DNA of 64,000 nt from Zootoca vivipara (lineage: Eukaryota), in assembly GCF_963506605.1 (NCBI RefSeq), contig NC_083288.1:43214001-43278000 (forward strand), read 5' to 3'. Made by a program: the position numbers and the translations under genes. The notes beneath the pieces were generated by a model. It did not search any database and was not told where the DNA came from. It saw only the letters and a program-made list of their open reading frames with translations. The stretch's first letter is position 1; each line of letters opens with the position of its first letter. This document shows positions 62,635 to 64,000 of this stretch, one piece after another.

Positions 62635-62761
62635 GTGCCTCCCTTCTCCTTATGTAATGAGAACTGCCTGCCTGGTTACAGCAGGAAAGTAATAGAGGGG
62701 GAGAAATTTTGCTGCTACATTTGCGCCCCATGTCCAGAAGGGATGTTCTCAAGCAAGAAAG
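62635..62761 (+). CDS. V2R G5 exon 5 (exon 6 outside window)
   Basis: 127 nt, VPPFSLCNENCLPG..CCYICAPCPEG. Confidence 0.94.
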
Positions 62762-62900
62762 GTAGGTTATACATTGTAAAGACACATGGATATAATGAAA
62801 TGACAGCTGAATCTGTGATTACTGACAACAGAATGTCTAGCCTGTGTTGTTATTACTGTAATGCCTACAATTGTTCCACCACATACCCACACCACCCACT

Positions 62901-62997
62901 TCTGAAGAAGTGTGCATGCACACGAAAGCTCATAACAATGACAAACTTAGTTGGTCTCTAAGGTGCTGCTGGAAGGAATTTGTTTGTTTGTTTGTTT
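62901..62997 (+). mobile_element. Penelope-like fragment with hammerhead core in sense orientation (62902-62931)
   Basis: CTGAAGAAGTGTGCATGCACACGAAAGCTC followed by GTTGGTCTCTAAGGTGC. Confidence 0.8.
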
Positions 62998-64000
62998 CAC
63001 CAGAGTAGTTAAGGGCAATGCTACAATAACAGAGTTCCACCTAAATGCAGGTGGCTCAAGTGAAGAGAAATTTAGGGCTTAACCACGTCAGTGATTGCCT
63101 GCTTGGTCCAAATGTATTGGTTAAAGTTTTGTGATGAAAGGCTCATTCTAGGCCAATTGAATGTAGGTTTCGCAAAGAAGAGAGTTTCCTTTTATAGAGA
63201 TTCAATGATACACTGTAGTGGCAACAAACATGAAGCTTTATTAAAAATACAGAAACAAAACTATAGCAAAGATATGCCACACTTGCTCTCTGATTACATT
63301 TAGAAATGAGAACCATCCTCTTGGGTAAATCTGGGTAGAGGAACTCCATACTATGTGTGATATGTGTCTTTATTCTGATTCCCTTCCAAAGCTGCAACCC
63401 AAGCCTTATATAGCTATTATCTTTAATAGCTCTATATGGCTATTAAATAGCTACTGCCATATAGCATGGCTTCTGTTCATCTATATTCACAAAACAATGG
63501 TATGGAAAGCCAACGAGAGATCAAGTTAGAGAAGCAGGGTCACCTTTCCCTGTCTCTCTCTCTCTCCTGATAAAGGTCATTCATCATAAATATAACATTT
63601 CTAGCAATATTGCCATGCAAAGAAGCCTGATAAGTGTGAGAAGATGTGAAATAATTAATAATATATTTTTGAAGAACAGAATGACATAGAGCAAGAAGTA
63701 TGACCAAGATTTTAGATAATGTCCCTGGATGTCCTGCCAACCACTACTGTATTTCCCATTTCATTTCAACCCATCCTTTCAATAATTAATTGTTCTTGGT
63801 AGATCATGTGATTTTTTCAAATAGAAGCCAATATTTATAATATCTCAAAACCCTTACAGAAGCATATTAGGCTAGGAGGGTAGAATGGACGGTAGCCTCA
63901 TGTTCAGAGTTTTAGTAATAATTACTAATAACTACTTCTTAAGATGAATTCCAGGAAAGATACTCATTGTTCATGAAAATAGAAGTGTTTAAGAAGCATA

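Noticed and set aside
1-64000. CRISPR arrays, operons, rRNA or other prokaryotic systems
   Set aside because: The sequence is intron-containing vertebrate DNA; the repeats are TEs, microsatellites and segmental paralogy

Overview
Vertebrate genomic DNA from a squamate reptile, probably a lacertid lizard (inferred from Sauria SINE, BovB, CR1 and Penelope content). The window is a tandem cluster of vomeronasal type-2 receptor (V2R, class C GPCR) genes, all on the + strand. Four complete six-exon genes were reconstructed with GT-AG junctions and open frames: G1 2358-8486, G2 11859-23829, G3 27221-35573, G4 40771-49742. A fifth, more divergent gene G5 has exons 1-5 at 54791-62761 and its 7TM exon lies beyond the window. 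Four relics of a lost V2R lie between the genes (two orphan exon 1s, two orphan TM7/C-tail pieces). Introns and spacers are dense in LINEs (CR1, BovB, Rex1/Babar, L1, L2), SINEs, hAT and Tc1/mariner MITEs, a solo LTR, Helitron-like pieces and a five-copy LTR-like family. Main findings: three minimal hammerhead ribozymes in Penelope-type inserts in V2R introns; complementary deletions that erased a partner V2R from each duplicated unit; mosaic (gene-conversion-like) paralog relationships; a conserved promoter module with copy-specific motif loss; and one upstream ATG with four different fates. All alignments and counts were done by eye; repeat family names come from recognition, not database searches.
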